Source: Narcine bancroftii (taxonomy: Eukaryota). Taken from it: a DNA stretch of 64,000 nucleotides. Every line of letters begins with the position of its first letter. Positions within the stretch are counted from its first letter, which is position 1. The position numbers were made by a program, and so were the translations under genes. The notes beneath the pieces were generated by a model, which searched no databases, was not told where the DNA came from, and saw nothing but the letters and a program-made list of their open reading frames with translations. This document shows, piece after piece, positions 62,241 through 64,000 of the stretch. Location: positions 13,888,001-13,952,000 of the forward strand of contig NC_091475.1 in assembly GCF_036971445.1 (NCBI RefSeq), written 5' to 3'.

Positions 62241-64000
62241 AAAATTGGAATCTAGGGTTAAACTCTACACCTCTGCATTCATATTTTGCTCCAAACAAGA
62301 TGATTATGGTTGTTGGGGATCTATCATCTGTATCCCAGATGCAAGAGTTCTTCAGGGAAGTGTTCCATGCCCATCTGTCAGAGTTTTCATCATGGGACAT
62401 CTAATGAAGGATATGATGAAAGGTAATCAAAATGAAACATTAACTCTCTTCTCCATTGATGCTACTAACTGCTGAGTACTTCCAGCACTTACTGATTTAT
62501 ATTTGAAAGAAAACAGAGCCGTCAGTGAGTGTAATATATGTCCAGCACTTAGCTCGTCTGAAAATAGAGTACAAGTTGGAAGGCTGGTCGCTCTGTACTC
62601 TGAATACTGGGCTCAGATTTGATCTGTGAGAGACAGGAAAGTGTTGGAAGACATGGCATTTGGTGGTTCCCCCAGAGAAGATCTCCATGAAACTAAGCAA
62701 AATCAACAGAAGATTGAGGCTTGAAGAGAGATTGGAGGAACAAGGTGCTTGTGGGGATGAAAGAAAGAGTATTAAACGCATAGATGTCTACATGATCACA
62801 GTGGATGAAGGTTAGTTTAGTACAGGTGTTAGAAAGCTTCTCCATTTGGCAAGTTTGGAATGTACGGACAAGATGCTTGTGCCAAAACATTTGAATCACT
62901 TAAGGACCATTTAGATGCAGCTGTCTGGGAGTGGACTGACTCTTGGAATTAAGGATTACAATGGCTCCATGATTCCAAATAATCTCCCCCGTCTTGTGTC
63001 ACTGCCACGTGCCCCAATTAGGAAGCACAGTTAGCCTGGACGTGGATGTTGTAGTCAGAAAAGCAAACAAACCAGATGAATTTCAGCTTACTTACATTAC
63101 TGACAGAGAGAGGAGGAGAGTAAAGGGGTGGGTGAAGATAGCAATTGCCCTTTAAAATGCTTTGCGGAGCTGGGAGAAAGACCTTTGCTCCTCATGGCTC
63201 CCCATCAAGCTGAATATATAAAAGACTCACCTTTTCGGTGATGGCTATTTCCTTGGCCACAGGCAGGAGAGGAAAACCTGAGGAACACTTGAAAATGCAT
63301 TGCTAAATTAGTCACCATTTGATGACCACTTAATGTCTACAAAAAAAATCACAAAGTATTACAGTTTCTGATCAAAGGTCATTGGGCCTGAAACATTAAC
63401 TCTGTCTGCACAGATGCTGCCTGGCCTGTTGAATATTTACAGCATTCTCTGTATTTATAACAGTTTCTACCTCAGGTTTTCCTGTCATGGATATGGCTTA
63501 GCGATAGAAAGAGTAAAATACTTTATTTCAGCTATATTAGAGTCAAGAGGAGCAGGATAACTCCCTAGAGGTAGAGCTGAACAGCAGATATGCCCAATTG
63601 CCACCAACATTGTCCCTCACTGCACTAGTAACCACATCAAAGCAAACAGCTTTAAACTGGTCTAATTAAAATGGCACAAAAAAGCTATCAATCTATTGTA
63701 AGGAGGCCTAAGGCCATGAATTTGTAAGGCCTTTTCCCCTCTGATCGGCGGTTTTACACGTGAAAATGAACCAGAGTTACTCTCATTCCTAACATTACTA
63801 ATAGATAACATTCAGATTAATTGGCATTATTATTTTTTGACATAAAAGTCAATTACTTTCAAGAAATAATGAACATTTACATTTACCTTCAATCTCCTAA
63901 CCTTCAACCTCAGAAATTTGTAACCTATGGTTGGTGATTGTTCTTTTTGCAGAGAGGAAGGCACAAAAATCCCGGGTGAGTGCCACTACCACGTGCCGCA

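Noticed and set aside
395-62899. The many other 60-160 aa ORFs in the track
   Set aside because: No recognisable domains; they are shadow frames of TEs and genes or random ORFs, many with non-ATG starts.
63935-63981. Plus-strand micro-exon-like signal (ttctttttgcag...cgg|gtgagt) antisense to ERG
   Set aside because: 23 nt at the window edge with no supporting partner exon or ORF; cannot be distinguished from chance.

Overview
Vertebrate (eukaryotic) genomic DNA, most likely a cartilaginous fish (ray/shark), judged from the repeat content: CR1 LINEs, V-SINE/HE1-like and Deu-domain SINEs, Penelope-like elements. Two protein-coding genes lie tail-to-tail, as at the human chr21 locus. KCNJ15 (Kir4.2; single coding exon, + strand) is at 25954-27060. 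The last six coding exons of ERG are on the - strand (60189 down to 49854), followed by a long AT-rich 3'UTR; the PNT-domain exons were not found and presumably lie beyond 64000. The rest is a dense, often nested set of transposable elements: a young 5'-truncated CR1, RTE, L1 and Rex/Babar remnants, several solo LTRs, a full-length decayed Buster/SPIN-type hAT transposon, Charlie, Tc1, Tigger and Harbinger-type MITEs, and a Chapaev3-like relic. The most notable observations are (i) a family of TSD-flanked inverted-repeat insertions built from two outward-facing Penelope 3' ends, carrying a minimal hammerhead-ribozyme motif with a non-canonical UUGAUGA core, (ii) a 3'-truncated, tailless U6 snRNA retrocopy with a 17-bp TSD, and (iii) a composite two-MITE hAT element. 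No prokaryotic-type system (CRISPR etc.) is present. All family assignments come from motif recognition by eye, not from database searches.
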